A stretch of DNA of 63,994 nucleotides, filler included, from Streblomastix strix (GCA_008636045.1; 4 parts of 4 records of this genome joined end to end with filler, not necessarily neighbours in it), one strand, 5' to 3'; positions 26,301-44,398 are shown, counted from the first letter of the whole stretch. Numbers and translations: made by a program. The notes: generated by a model from the sequence alone, not told the origin.

Positions 26301-29300
26301 TGCATTTATTTATTTATTTGTTGTTTTTATTATTTTTAATCATTTTCAACTATTTAACCTTATTATGATTAAAATATAGTTTATTGTGTTTGAGTTTATT
26401 GTTATGATGGAGAGAAAGAAGGAGAATTTTGAGTCAGTAATTAATTTTTCTTCAAAGATCCAGAATTATAATTTTAATAGTTTGAAGGTATATTTATAGA
26501 AGGTTGAACTTTTGGTGTATATGAATGTTATTAGTTTTATTATTGTAACTATAAATCAAGTTCAGCTCTAGATTGACTTTATATATTCTAAAATGGCTGA
26601 TATTCAGGTGATTGTTATTATTATAAAGGAGAATAAGGAATAGCACTTGATATTGAATAAGGAGATTATTATGGATATGGAGATGATGGAGATTTAATAG
26701 TCGTTGCTGATGCAGAAGCAAATAAGAATGAATTTTATTTGTTAAGATCTTATTTCAGTTGTGTAGCAAGAGGTACATTGTGCGATGACGATTAAGATGG
26801 TGAGTGTGAAGATACATTTAATGATTATTATTATTATTCTATATTACTCACTGCTCCGGCTGATTTAATAAGAAATGAGCTCGTAGCAACATTTTGTATT
26901 GTCGCATCAAGAGAAGATTGGACACCAGAATATGCTGTGATTAGCGACATTTCTTTCAGATACAAACATAAACAATCGGTTTTTATATTTTGATTGTTTA
27001 TTGGGAATATAATCTTTATATATGAAGTTTAAATTACAATATCTAATGGTTATCTTACTGAGAAAATCATTTTTAACTATGCCAAATTAGAGTTAAACCA
27101 TGAAGATAACATTCTAATCATTCCTTCTCTGGCTAATAATAGCATATATGAAGGAGAAGAAGCACTATTTGAATATTGAGGAGATGAATATTGTAAAGAT
27201 GATGAGGATGATGGATAAAGAGAAAATGATTATGAAGATGAAGATGATGATGATGATGAAGATGATGATGAGGATGATGATGAAGATAATCCAGAAAAAG
27301 AAATTGATGATGAATCATTCATTTACTCATTTTATTATTGTTGTTATTAGCTAATCAGTTCCTATTCTCTTGTGCAATCAAACATTAGTGAAGCGATAAC
27401 TGCATGAAGTGTTTTGGCAATTGGTTATGGAGTGAATACAAACGATACTGGAGCTATTTACATTCTCATTCTAACTGTCACATCTCCTTCTGATGGATAT
27501 ATTTCTATGCTAAGCATATACAATGGATTATTATTCTTCTGTCTAATCTTTCTTTGTTATTATATATTATTCTATAATGTAGATTAAGACTGATACTATT
27601 AAACAGATGAAAATGGAACATAATTATTGTAAAGGTAATTTTTTATTCTTCTTTTTCCTTCACTGCTTTATTATTATTAATTTAATTATTATTAATCTTT
27701 CTTCTTTTAATTGTCTTCATTTCCTTCAGATTGTTATTACTTATACAATATTTAAGTGAAAACATTCTTCTTCTTTCTTTTATTCATAATTTATTCATAT
27801 TATTAATTGATTCCTCCTTCTCCAAATTATTAATTATTACTCATATCTTCAATGATACCATCATCAATCCATAATCCAATATCAGATCCAATTGTGTGAG
27901 GCCTAAATTGATATTCAAATCTTACACTTTTAGCTTAAATCAATAATATTGGTATGTATGTATACAATGACTGTTATTAATAATATGGTTAATATTATTA
28001 TTGAGTTTAGGATGGAAGATTAACAGAGGAAGAAGGAAAAGATGGAGAAAAAGATTTTGATACAGAAGATGATTTCTGATCAAATGCAATACCAGTCTAA
28101 ATTCCTATAAATGATAATTGCTTTTCAAGAGTTGGAGGTTTTAAAGATTATTAAGATGATTATGATTAAGAAGATTGGATAACTGGTTAAGATGATGAAT
28201 CTATCTTATTTTAATCTAACATGAATATCTGTTATTATTTCAGTACCGGAGAAGATGGTTATGATGAAGGAGGTGAAGGAGGAGGAGATTATTATAATTA
28301 ATTAAATAATAATTATTATTATACCTATAATAATTATGGTTATTATTATTATTGTTATTACAATAATAATTATGGTTATTGTTATTGTTATTATTATAGA
28401 ATAGGAGGAGTAACAGAAAGAGTATATGAAGGAGTGATTGAAGTGGATGAAGAAAAAGTTGGAGAACCTGGAGATTTTGGTGGTTATGTATTAAAATATA
28501 AAAACTATTCATTACTATATACACTTTCACTGTTATTATCGCTAGCATTAACTAATTTAAAAGATCTGCCTTTTGATAATGATAGTGGGTTTGTAGTAAT
28601 CGAATCACTCTTTTCATTCTTAATCTATAAATCTTTTAAATTATCTCTAATCTAATTGTCAATATTCTTCTACAATAATTCATTTTCAATTTGCATTCTT
28701 TAATATGATCTTCTTTATTCTATTCTCCTTCTTTTATCATATACATATACAGATACTTAATCTGCATTTAATGCAACCCTGAATAATGGCCATGATATAT
28801 CAAACATTCCAGTTCCTTTCTTCTTTTTACTTGGTTTCTGTTTCTATTAAATTTATTAAGATAGCATCAATATATCTTTCTATTATTATTACTCTTATTA
28901 TTTAATTTATTTATTTCATTTTTTCATTTCTTATATATTTTAATCAGTATTTGTTTCATTTTGAGGAGATATTCCATCAGAAGAAAAATATTCACTTTCT
29001 TCTTCATCATCACTATCCTCAATAATTTATATTTCATAGTCTTGTTCGTTGTTATAATTCATTAATTAATTATCATTCTCATTGACATTACCCTAATTTG
29101 TTTTCAAATTGCGTTTTTCTTTTCTTTTTTTCTTATTTTTATTCTTTTCTTCATTCAACAACTAAGCCTTCAATTCAGCTTCAGCCAAAACTCTAAAATA
29201 AATAATGTCTTCCTTATCAAACTTAACTTCAAGCCTCGCAAGTTCCTTCAAGTTCTCTTCCAAAATCCCAAATTAGAGTAAGTCATCCTGATTCAGCAAC

Positions 29301-31330
29301 AACAATCTCTTCTATTCTTACCTCTTCTACTCACTTTCTTAGTCCTGGAATGAGTCAAAGGGAGAATTAAGGAATGAAGGAGTAATTGAAGGAGAGAAAG
29401 AAGGAGACAATGTTGGTGTTGATGTTTGGAATTTGGGAGATTAAGAAACATTCTGTTGTTATAATTGTTAATATCTGGGAGAAATTGGAGGTTTGGATGA
29501 TGATGGGTCTGTTGGGGAGTTTTTGGATGACGATTTATTTGATTTGTTCGATTTCTCCTGTTTTTCTTCTTTTAACAACTGTTTATCCTTCTTCTTTTCT
29601 TTCTCTCTTTCTTTCTCACTATTCTTAATCTTCAATTCATTCTCGAATCTCTGCTGTTCAATTAAATTCTTCTATTCAAGTTCTTCTGCTTCCTTAACTG
29701 CTTCTGCTTCTTTCTTCATCTTCTTCATCTCTTTCTTCATATCACTTTCATATTTCTATGTTGTCTATTTCTCTTCTTCTTCTGCCTTCTTCAATGCAGA
29801 TCCTGTAAGCGCTTTGATTCTTATTTATTATTGATATCTTCGGTCCCTTTCATTACTCTCCAATGTCCATATTCTTTCTTAATTAATTAACTGCTTCCTT
29901 CTGATCTCTCTTAAATTAGACTATTATTCAAAATATTCTACTGATTAATTATACCATTAATTCCATTCTTTACTCAGCTAATATTACAATCCTTATTAAT
30001 ATCTCTATTCTATATCAATTTTAATATATTCATCACACATAGCTTTAAAAGTATGTCTAAGTCTCTTTGCTTATATCTACGATGCATTTCGTATACATCG
30101 AATAAACTAATTTCTAAATCTTATATACATAATCCTTTCTGCTCTTCTGACATCATTAACATTCTTCCAGTCATATTTTTATCTTTTCTATCAAATTCCT
30201 TCAATTATTCTCCATATCGCCCAATGCCAGAGAGACTTGATTCTCAATTTAACTCCAATATTAATGTTATTAAGAAGATTGTTATATTAGGAAGCTCTTT
30301 CAACTGAAACAACTGGAGGTGGACAATTAACAGCTGCCTATTATAAGAGATTCAATCCAATTGGTCCAATGAATGGTCTTGTAAGTTAATGTGTGTCATA
30401 ATCAGTTTGTGTAATCAATGTTGCAACTCCCAATAATATTGGAGATATTCTATCATCACTGGCATGAACAGATATTTAAGAAAAAAATAATTCTGTATCT
30501 AAGACTGGGCGATCTTCTGATCTTGATGGAACTGTGTACCTTAAATGCCCAATTATTTTCATAGGTTAAATTAAATGATCCAATACAGCTTAGTTAGATG
30601 CAGAAATATTTTCATTAATACTTCTCTTCATATATTCATCAATTATATTCTATTATTGTCCACTAAGAAACGAATGATCAATATAAACACCAAAATTATC
30701 AATACTTAATATTTTAAAGCTGCTCTTTGAATTCTCTTTTTATTATTTTTCTAATTTATCATCAATCGATTCTGCATGAATCTTCCCTATTTTAATTCCA
30801 AATGCAACAGGACATGCACGTTCGCTCTAATCCTCATATCTAATATGAATATTTGTAATATTGATTGTTGCATTGAATATACTTTTAATTATTTTACTGT
30901 TTAGAAATTTCATTGATTTTTTTGAAACTTCAATTGATTATCGTTAATCTTTCATATCTTATTTATCAGTCTCAATTAATGATCGGATTTTACCGCGTAA
31001 TCTCAGCATTTCCCGCAACTTTACTGCATCTTGAGAAGAATCCATCTTCTTTGGGCTTATTATAATGAATAAATCCTCAACTTCCAGATTGAAAGGACGA
31101 GAGAAAAGTTGAGTAACATCAATTTACCCTCTAACATGACCTATATAGCCACTTTCTATATTGAAGTATGGTATATCCTCGAGTGTACCCCTTTTGAGGT
31201 GAAGATTAAACATTTCAAAGGACCCCTCAGATAAATGGGTTTGTATTGTTTCACGATCGAATTTTTATACATATTTCCTTAGATATGGGCCTAGTTAGCT
31301 TATGATCAGTGATTTGAGGGGGTTTACCAT
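17026..31330 (-). CDS. VPS13: VPS13-family (chorein-N) bridge-like lipid transfer protein, over 4700 aa, 3' incomplete
   Basis: ATG 31330 MVNPLKSLIISQLGPYLRKYVQKFDRETIQTHLSEGSFEMFNLHLKRGTLEDIPYFNIESGYIGHVRGQID...PFNLEVEDLFII; also SIFNATINITNIHIRYED and PVAFGIKIGKI; long Q/S-rich insertions; GT-AG intron 24938-25009. Confidence 0.85.
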
Positions 31331-32392
31331 TAGTCTGAAGGATTTGTTAAAGTAATAAAAAGAATAATTAAGTGATTGAATCAAGATAATAAGATTTGGA
31401 TATGGATTAAGGATGAAAAATAAATTAAAGTTAGAAAAGCAAAAAATGTAATTTTAAAATGCAAAATATTAATCTGTTTGAATGAGACTGAATAAATAAA
31501 AAGAACGAAAAAAAATAAATTTGAAAAATAGATATCAAAAATTAAAAAAATTAAAATGATTATTTATCGGGAAATAAGACGATCTTTAGAAAGTTTATTG
31601 CAATAACATTAACTAGATTATAACATATTAAAAGTTATTTATAATAGTATAAAATAATGTAGAATAATTGGTAAGTATATAATTTCAATCGAAAATAAAA
31701 ATTAATATATTATACCAATTAGAAAACGTGATATTAAATTTCTAGGTTATTATCGTTATATATTTGCTATAAATGTGTTATTATAATAAGAATTTAACTT
31801 AATTAATTATTTGCAAATGAATTATAGAAATATGAGCAGAATGAACTTTCTGTTGCCGTGAAATCGATCTTTCAATAATAAATTTTTTCTGATGTTATAG
31901 AGTAATATTTTTGATTAATAATTATTATAAAATATTATATCTATAATAATAAAACAAAAAATAATTAAAAAAGAATACAATGAACAAGTGGATGAAGATC
32001 TGGTTTTGTTCGCCATTCTATGTGCGAAACGGTTAGAAATTGTCACTTTCTGACAAACTAACAGGATAATTACACCAATTGTATAATACTATTGAACATT
32101 TTTTATATTTCTTTCCGATAAACTACCTCATAGACAAATAAAAACAACAAAATTATTAAATCCTTATTTCTGAACTATTCTTATTTTATATTTATTTTTA
32201 TCCATAAAATTTATATGCTATGCATTATTACTTCGAATTTTCCATAAATATATTTTATTTTTAAAATCTACATTAATGGATGCGACATTTTTTATTTTAT
32301 TTCAATTTTTTCAATTTTTCTTTTTAATTTTTGATATTTTTAATGTTTTTATTATTATTTATTTATTTAATTTAACAGTTAATCATTTTGAA

Positions 32393-32540
32393 ATGACGAC
32401 AGAAACACTTGCGCTTATTAAACCCGATGGATTCGTACATCGAACAGAAATAATCGACATTATCAAAGAAAATGGGTTCTCAATTGTATAAGAGAAAGAA
32501 ATCTCAGCAACTCGTGAAAAATATGCTCTTTTCTACAAAG
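32393..32540 (+). CDS. Nucleoside diphosphate kinase family protein, 5' fragment
   Basis: MTTETLALIKPDGFVHRTEIIDIIKENGFSIVQEKEISATREKYALFYK (TLALIKPD motif), cut by the linker. Confidence 0.9.
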
Positions 32541-32640
32541 NNNNNNNNNNNNNNNNNNNNNNNNNNNNNNNNNNNNNNNNNNNNTTAATTAATTAANNNN
32601 NNNNNNNNNNNNNNNNNNNNNNNNNNNNNNNNNNNNNNNN
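32541..32640. other. Artificial contig linker
   Basis: N run with TTAATTAATTAA. Confidence 0.95.
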
Positions 32641-33627
32641 CTTGATTTCAGAAAACAAGTTAAACAGTTTTTGGAGAAACTTGATAGTGATAGATTTAAT
32701 TAAAATAAAGAAATTAATAAGAATTTAGCATAAGATAACAAATTGGATATTCATCGACATCATAAATCGAAGCCAGCTATGGATAAAGACACTAATAATG
32801 ATAAAGAACTCAAATAATAATAAGAACAAAAATAAGAAAAATAGGTAAATAATAATATGAATGATAATAATTTAAATTGTGAAGATAATTAACGAAAAGA
32901 AATAATAATTAAGAAAGAAGGGCTTTGGATTGTTGATGAGATAATCAGCATGACTAAATCTGTAGCACATGACAGAAGAATATATGAAACTATCAGAATG
33001 AACATCGAAAGAGTAGCATAATAAGAGAATGATTAGGAGTAATTAGATATTTAGAATTAATAATAATAATAATCTAATCAATAATAAATTAATATTGGAT
33101 CTGCAATGTAAATAGATGAATAATCAAACAATAGAGAAAATTCAATATCTGAAATTAAATAGAAGATCCAGTAATACAATTTGACTACATCTTGGGTTGA
33201 TGAAGGCGGAGGAATTGTCTGTGCTTTGATTTCAGATTCAGAAATGAATAAGAATTCAAATTCAAATTCGAATTCAAATTCAAATTCAAATTCAGTCTAA
33301 ATGAATAGTAAGTCTGAAATGTAGAAGTTGATGTAAGATACAATTGAGAACAAAGGAGTAGAATAACAAACCACTTCACAGAACAGTAATGAAATGCAAT
33401 TTCCAGTCTATGATGCCTACAACTGCGACTAAACAATCACAGCGTATTCGCAATCTGAAGGAAAAGATTTACACATCGCTAATAACCGTTTTATCTACGC
33501 TGTGCACCCGCGGGAGGAGATTTCGAAGTTCTTGTACGCTGCATCGGAGGAGACGCTTGAGCTTACACTGCAAATCATGGAGGATTACATGAATTACGAG
33601 GAAGAGGATGATGATATTTTATACTGA
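32641..33627 (+). CDS. 3' part of an unknown Q/N-rich protein
   Basis: Single frame open with TAR=Gln from the contig start to ...FIYAVHPREEISKFLYAASEETLELTLQIMEDYMNYEEEDDDILY*. Confidence 0.75.
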
Positions 33628-33784
33628 TTTGCATTCTTTCTTTATTTGACACTAAACGTCAGTCAATATTTGTTTTATGTTTTATTATTTAATATATTGC
33701 AAATTAATTTATGAACAAAGCAATTGTTACTACTTTTCATAATATTTTGTTTGAATTGTTTAACCTTGATTTTTCACCGCATAG

Positions 33785-35671
33785 ATGGCTAGGTAGGATA
33801 GCACTGATATGAAATTGTTTGTGGGGAACATTCCCATGAAAGTAAATGAAGACTAACTTCGTGCAAAGTTCGAACAGTACGGAAAAGTGGAAAGCGCTGT
33901 AATCCTGAAAGATCGAAATAGCAACGCGTCGCGCAGTTTGTAATTATATTTTTTGGATAATCTTCAACAATAAATGAAATCCTCAGGATGCGGGTTTGTA
34001 ATATATGCAGACCGCCGAGATGCACAACAAGCTGTTTCTGAACTGAACATGAAAAGCGTTTTTGAAGGGGTGTGCGAATGTAGGAATTGTTTATAACAAA
34101 CTTTTATCTTTTTAGGGAGATAGGAACCTGATTGTTCGACCCGCAGAGAACAATGCAGTCCAAAACGAGGTGAAATTATTCGTTGGATCGCTTCCTAGAA
34201 ATATGGACCCTGCTAAGCTTCATCGACTTTTTGAACCATATGGCGAGGTCATTGATGCTTGTATACTGAAATTTCCTACCGGTGAATCTCGAGGTTTGCA
34301 ATATGGAACGAAATATAAGTGAAATTTAAATGTTAAATTGTTATTTGTTGCTATCTTTTTATGCTGTACATGTTTAATACCATATTATGTGGATATATGC
34401 TATCTGCATTATGTACATAATATATTTGAACGAATAAGGATGCGGTTTTGTGAAATATATGTCGCATCATAGTGCTATAGATGCTATATAAGGATTAAAT
34501 AATACAAAAGTTGATGTTTGTCAATGTGTTTGTTTATACCCCAGGATATCATATAATAATTGATTATATATATTTTACATATATTAATAATTTATTACCA
34601 TCTATTTATATATATATTGTTATCACTCATTATAATTCACAGAATGACACCCCACCAATCCAGGTTAAATTCGCAGATAACTTAAATGACAAACAACAAA
34701 AGAAAAATTACTTTCAACAACAATCCATCCCAATAAGCGTAGTATCCGTTCCTTCCTATTAGATGAGCGCTCCACTGATCCCTGTGAATGTAGGATACGT
34801 ATCTGCACAGCCCGGCTTCGTTTAAGGGCAGCAAATCCAAGTTCAACCTTAGTATAGCAGCTCAGTAAATGCTAATCCTAATGTTAATGCTAACATTGGT
34901 ATTGGCATTGGCAGTGGCAGTTATAATGATATCAACAGTTAGTTGCAGAGTCTTGGGTATAATCAGTATGTGCAATAAGGTCAAGGATAGTAGTAGTAGT
35001 ATGTTGATGGATTTGCAATCCAAAATGCGTAGAGTATATAAGCTGTTGCTTTATAATCAGGTTAGATTGCTCAAGGTTATTAATAGGTAAATATTACAGA
35101 TCTGGCTTAATAACTTCAGTAATAATAATAATAATAATCCCATTCTCAGTAAACTCAGATCACTGCACAGTTAATCCAGCAGATGCTGCAATAGGAAAAT
35201 CCATAGTCAGCATATTCGTAATAACAGCAACAATATCAACAAATACCACCACAAATTCGTCAATAATCAGCTCCAGTACATTATCAACCATCATCACATC
35301 AAAATCAGAACCAGAATAATGAACCACGTCATTAATAGTAATCTAATGCAACACAACACTTAGGATCCAGAGAAGAAGGACCACCTCGAAGCAATGTATT
35401 CATATACCACCTACCATGCACATTTACTGAAGCCGACTTAACGATTCTCTTCTGCCGGTTCGGCAAAATCATTTCAACGCGCGTAATTAGGGACAAGCTC
35501 ACAGGAAACTCAAAAGGGTATGGTTTTGTGTCCTTTGATACACCGGAAGCTGCGAATGATGCCATAGCTGAGATGAATGGATATGAAGTTGTGTCAATGG
35601 GTGGAGCTGTTGGATCTGGAGACGGGCTTTAGCAGGTTAAGAGGCTGAAGGTGCAGCTGAAGAAGGAGTGA
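33785..35671 (+). CDS. CELF/Bruno-like RNA-binding protein (3 RRMs), about 4 introns
   Basis: RRM1 MKLFVGNIP, RRM2 EVKLFVGSLP, Q-rich linker, RRM3 EEGPPRSNVFIYHLP...SKGYGFVSFD...KRLKVQLKKE* (CELF-type RRM3 ends). Confidence 0.9.
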
Positions 35672-35740
35672 TGCAGTGATTTATAATGGGGTGAACTAAT
35701 GAATGATTAATGATGGGAAGGAATGATGTATGATACAAAT

Positions 35741-35935
35741 GAATTAATAATGCTGAGATTGAATGATTTATAGTATAATGCGGTGATATAGGATGTAATG
35801 TAATGATTGATGCTGAGAGTGATTATTGGTATAATGAAATGATTAATGAAGGATATATTGAAATTAATAATGCTTAGATTGAATGATTAAGAGTATAATG
35901 CAATGATGTAAGATATAACGTAATGATTTAATGTT
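35741..35935 (+). repeat. Diverged direct repeat (120-bp period) in TG/TGA-rich 3' flank
   Basis: AATTAATAATGCT(G/T)AGATTGAATGATT..AGTATAATGC at about 35742 and 35862. Confidence 0.75.
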
Positions 35936-36076
35936 ATTTATTTATGAGTTTTTTTTATAACAATAAGAGTGATACTATTTATCTGTTTATTTATTTATAA
36001 ATACATATACAATAATAAAATAAAATTAAACATATGAATGGCTGTGAATATATTTATAGAGAAATATCATTAAATT

Positions 36077-39000
36077 TCAATCTACATCAAAATCAACATT
36101 TGATGAAGTGCTGTTTTATTCCTTTTCATTATTCAAATCTTGTTATTCATGATTTTAATATTCGTCATCCATTAAAATTGATCTATTTTCATTATTTATG
36201 TTTTAATCATCTGATTTTCTTTCATTTTAATCTAAATCATCCTCACTTAAAATTTATTTATTATTTCCATTCTAATTTCCATCTCCAATCATTTTACCTT
36301 GATTTTGATTTCCAATTCCTTTATTCGTACTCAATTAATAAATCTTTTCATATGGGAGAACTGATCCTTACAATGAAGAAAGCAGTTTGTTCTCCTCAAA
36401 GAGTGTCAGAGCTTCTTTTTAATTCAGAGAAGGTAGTGGAAGTGGTAAAGTGAAGGGCAAGAATTGGAAAATTGGAGAAAAAGAGGCATTTTGTGGATTG
36501 GATTGATTAACGTTGTTGGATTCGTTATATGGAAATTGATGCGGATGTTGATTGGTTAATTATTAATATTGTGTTTAATTTATGCTTTCGTCATCAGTTG
36601 TGTTGTTTTCAATGATATTATTATCATTTATTTAGTCGATTTGAAGTGAATTTTGCAGTTATTGATAATTAAAATGCTTTGAAATGGGTTGAAGTGAATA
36701 GTTTTCTTCTTTAACTGGAATTATTTATGAATCTGTAGTTTAAACAGAATTATCAATTTCATTTAGATTTATTTGTTCATTATTTTAATTAAACAAATCA
36801 TTTTCATTATCCATCTATTTATTGTGTTAAATATGTTAGATTCGTTTTTAGCTTTCACTTGTAACAAACTTTGTTTTCAACTTGTCGAATAGTCTTTCTC
36901 GTTGACTGTGTAATGATTCAAGCATTGCTGCAACTGGTAAATAAAATGGAGAACTTGATTTTGATTCTATTAAATCAATTGATGATATTTGTTTGCTACT
37001 TATAATTTTATCATCTAATTATATCAATGAATTTTGTTGTGGATCTTCTTCAACTTCATCGTCTTAATTTTCTCTTATTGATGAAGTTTATTATTATTAT
37101 TCGTTAACTATATTTGATTATTATGAATAAAATAACTACGAATTTATTTACGATTAAGATTAACTTTAATTTGAAATTAAGTTTTAATTTAAGTTTTATT
37201 ATTCATCTTCTTAATCCAAATTGCTTTCCCAGAAAGGAGCTGCAGCTGTACTTCCTCCAATAGCACTAATAAGGAAAGAATTAATGAATTATTATTTTTC
37301 ATTCATTGATTTAATATTTCTGATATTTGGTTTAAATATTCTTTTCTTGTTTAACATTGGACTTATTTGTGAATTGGTAATAATTTATGGCTTATTATCA
37401 ATTTCTTCAATTTTTGATAAATCAACAAATTTAACTTCATTTTCGGATTAATCATCAATATTTTAAATCGGTTATTTAATTGTTTTTTAGTTAATTATTA
37501 TTTCTTATTCATCTTTTTCTTCTTAATATTTTGATTTATTTTAATCATTGCTAAAATCAAAATCTTGATTCAATTGATTTTATACAGTTTCTACACTATT
37601 ATTATTATTATTAACATTTTCTCTACTTTTAATCACTTCTACTATTCCTTCAATCAAAAGCAAAGCTAATGTTTGTTCCCATTGTCTCAATTATGCAATA
37701 AATGATGCATTCACTTTTATTATGGGTCTGCATCTCATAATATAGAGCAAACAATTCCGCAGTACTAACATATCTAAAATAGTTATCTATATGTTCTTAT
37801 GGAATAAATTACTTGGGTTGAAGGATTGAAGTGGATTTTTTGTTATTGAAATGTTTTGATCTGGTTTAATAAATGAATGCATAAATTGCTAATGTGAATT
37901 TATTGAAGGTAATAATTCCTGCTATTACTAATCATAATTAGCATATGCATTAAAAAATGGAGAACTAAGCATATTTTGTGATAATAAACTCGAACTGGTT
38001 GAAGAAGGCGGAGTTTTTAAAATTTCTCCGGATGGGCTGAAATCTTTTGAATTAGTTGCTTATGATGAAGTGAATTATACTGATAATGATAATGATATGG
38101 ATGATTATGAAGATGATGTTACGTTTAGTTCGTCGTTGCTATCAAAACTGTTATTGTTATTATTTCTGATATTATTATTGTTATTTGTATTGCCATTGTC
38201 AATATTACTATTATTATCATCAACATCTTTATTATCATCTTCATCTTCATTTTCACGTTTCCTTTTTCGACTTTCATTTTGCATGTTTTTTTCTTTAATT
38301 TTCAATTTTCCTGTTTTTCTTTTTCTTTTCTTTGGTTTTGATGCAAAATCAGTGAAATGAATAATTTTCTATGAAATTTGAATTTCATTTGATTTGGAGT
38401 TTTCATCTTTCATTGGTTCATCTAAAATTAGTTATTATTATTATTCATTCTTAATTTAATCATTTTCTATGTATTAATTTTCTCTTATGTTATTATTAAT
38501 ATCATTAATATCAACAATTGGTTGATGGTTTATTTTTGATTGTTTTGTCTTGACGAATTATTTGAGGAACGATTTCAACACAATTGGAGTTGTAGTTGGA
38601 ATTAGTGGTAATGGATATTTGATTGGAATTGCAAATTCGTTGTCAGTTTAAATTTATTGAGTTTAATCTTTGCTTTATACTTATTATATTTATTGTATTT
38701 AACTTTCATTTTGAATTTACTGTATTTACTATTCTTGGTTATCATTTAAAACATCATCTTCTTTTTATTCAACTAAAACAATTTAACTCTTCTGTATATC
38801 TTTATCAAGTATTTTTTCTTAATCATTATATTTATCTTTATTTAATTTCATATCTTTATTTATTTATTCTTCTTCATTTCTGAATGAATGTTACAGTTAA
38901 GAAGTAGGTGATGATGATTATTATAGTTAAGTATTGGTTAATTATTATATTTATGTATTAAAAGACTATTATATTTAAGTATTTGATGGTTATTAAAGTT

Positions 39001-40708
39001 AAGTATTGGTTAATTGTTGTTGTTAAGAATTATCAGACTACTATACTTGTAAATTAGAAGATTATACATGAGAATTTGTATTTTACTATTATTATATATA
39101 CCTCTCAAATGGATCTGGAGAATTAACTGAATCTGGAAAAATTGGAGGAGATTAAATTTATTGTACAGAGTTTGGAATCTAGAAAATTATTGATGATTTA
39201 CTTGGTTTGTATGAATTGAATTATTATTATTAATTTTATGGGAAAATTTATTTTTAAGGTTATTTACGTAGTAAAGATGGAAAACTGGAGAAAATTGTAG
39301 AGTGAATTGAATTGGATTTTAAATTTTGGTTTTATTATTATTCAGAAAATGAATTAAATTACTCTTTGCTTTAATTTAATCTGTTTTCATTTTCTAACAA
39401 CTTATTCTTATCTGAATATACAACATCAGATTTTATTCCTTATTTAGTTACAATTCTCTATTTTTATTTATTTTATTCATCTTTTTGCTTTTAGATGTGT
39501 TATAATGTAGATAGAAGCATCATATACAGTAAAACACACCCAACTGACCTAGATTATCCCATATGGCAGAAAACAAGCGTGGTTTTACCATTCCTGTAGT
39601 TCTGCTATATTTTCTGTATATTTTATATAGTTTTAATTTCATTATTATTTTCGCTAATATTTTCAATACTATTTTCATTACTATTTTCATTACTATTACC
39701 AACTCTATTTCCAATCATATTACCAATACTATTTGAATCATTTTTCTAACTTAAATCATTTTTCTAGCTAATTTCATCAACACTAACACTTACTTCCCAC
39801 ACTTTTCTACAGTATTCCAGAACAGCGAAAATTTCAGCAGCATGACCAATTAAATCCTCATCTTCTTCATCCCTTAGTTTAATGCGGAAAACACTGCGAC
39901 CGTTGAAACATTCACCACAGTATAACTATTGGACAACTTCTGCGTTTCGGGTCCAGAATCAGTCCTTTTTTTAATTGAAGATGAACAATGGAGAATTTTT
40001 GTAATTGGAGCTGTTTTCATTTTCAGAGAGTTCTGTAGGTGGAATATCTATTTCTGCAGCGCAATTCACAAGTAAACCTATATTTAGTTAGTCTAATATA
40101 TCTATGTTTGATGCATGAGCAGCACTTCCTATATATAAGAATTGCATTATCTGCGCTGGATATTCAGTATCTGCTAGGGGCAGTGTAGAGAATGAATCTC
40201 GTCTCCTGAGCGATTTCATTCGCGTTCGAAGTCGTGATACTTTTACATAGCAGATCTAAGGTGCAATCTCGTGCAGTGCTTGGTAACCGCCTCGGATAAC
40301 AAGAAGTGTTGAAAATATGCGAAGTTTGGCCAATATGCCTGCTAGAAGTATTGCTGACTTACCTAATCCATCATCATATATGCAGCAAATGTAGTCGTAC
40401 GTCTCACGAAACTTTAACATTGCTTGAGCATTACTGTCGGCAATACGTGCAAGAGTTTCGAGTACAACATTACCCCCTCATGCGAGCAAGGTGCCCGCTT
40501 CAACCTACATACTTCCTATATCGATGTTGAAGGCTCCAAATACATGAGTCTCGAAGAAATCAGCTCTATTTCGTACATCGAAAATGACAAGCCATCTTCT
40601 TAGGAAATCGGACTGGAATATCTCAGAAAATTATTGCGCCGAAATGGCGGATGTCAAGATGCTAGATGGATATAATAGCTTTTATTTGGCTTGAGCGTTA
40701 GCCAACAT
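36077..40708 (-). CDS. Rhodanese plus dual-specificity phosphatase-like protein (MKP architecture) with long insertions
   Basis: LVIFDVRNRADFFETHVFGAFNI and LLVIRGGYQAL (rhodanese); YPAQIMQFLYIGSAAHASNIDILDQLNIGLLVNCA and LLYIMRCRPIIKVNASFIAQLRQWE (DSP); TGA 36077-36079. Confidence 0.85.
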
Positions 40709-41128
40709 ACTAAAATAAATATAAAATTTAAAAATTAGTAAAATAAATAAGTGAGAAAATCGACTAAGAAAATTGAAATTTATCCAGCTTCGAAAATTGA
40801 AGGTTAATTATAGTGTTCTATGAGTAAAATATATTACATTCAGGCAAAATATCAATAATTAATATTTATTAAGTAAATCTGCATTACTTGTATAACGTTA
40901 TTTTGCTTTTTCCTAAAGAGCCTTAGTATGAATTAGCAATATTTTTAATGAGTGTAGAACATAATTTTTTGTTTGATTGATAAAAAATTTATAATTTATC
41001 TCTAATGTCCACCGAGAAACAAACTAATTATTATTTATAGCATTTTTTCAGTTTATCCATATGTTTAATTTTAACTTGTTTTAATTTTATTTTTATCTAA
41101 TGCATATTATAAAGTCATATTTTAACAG

Positions 41129-44398
<3,270 letters not shown>

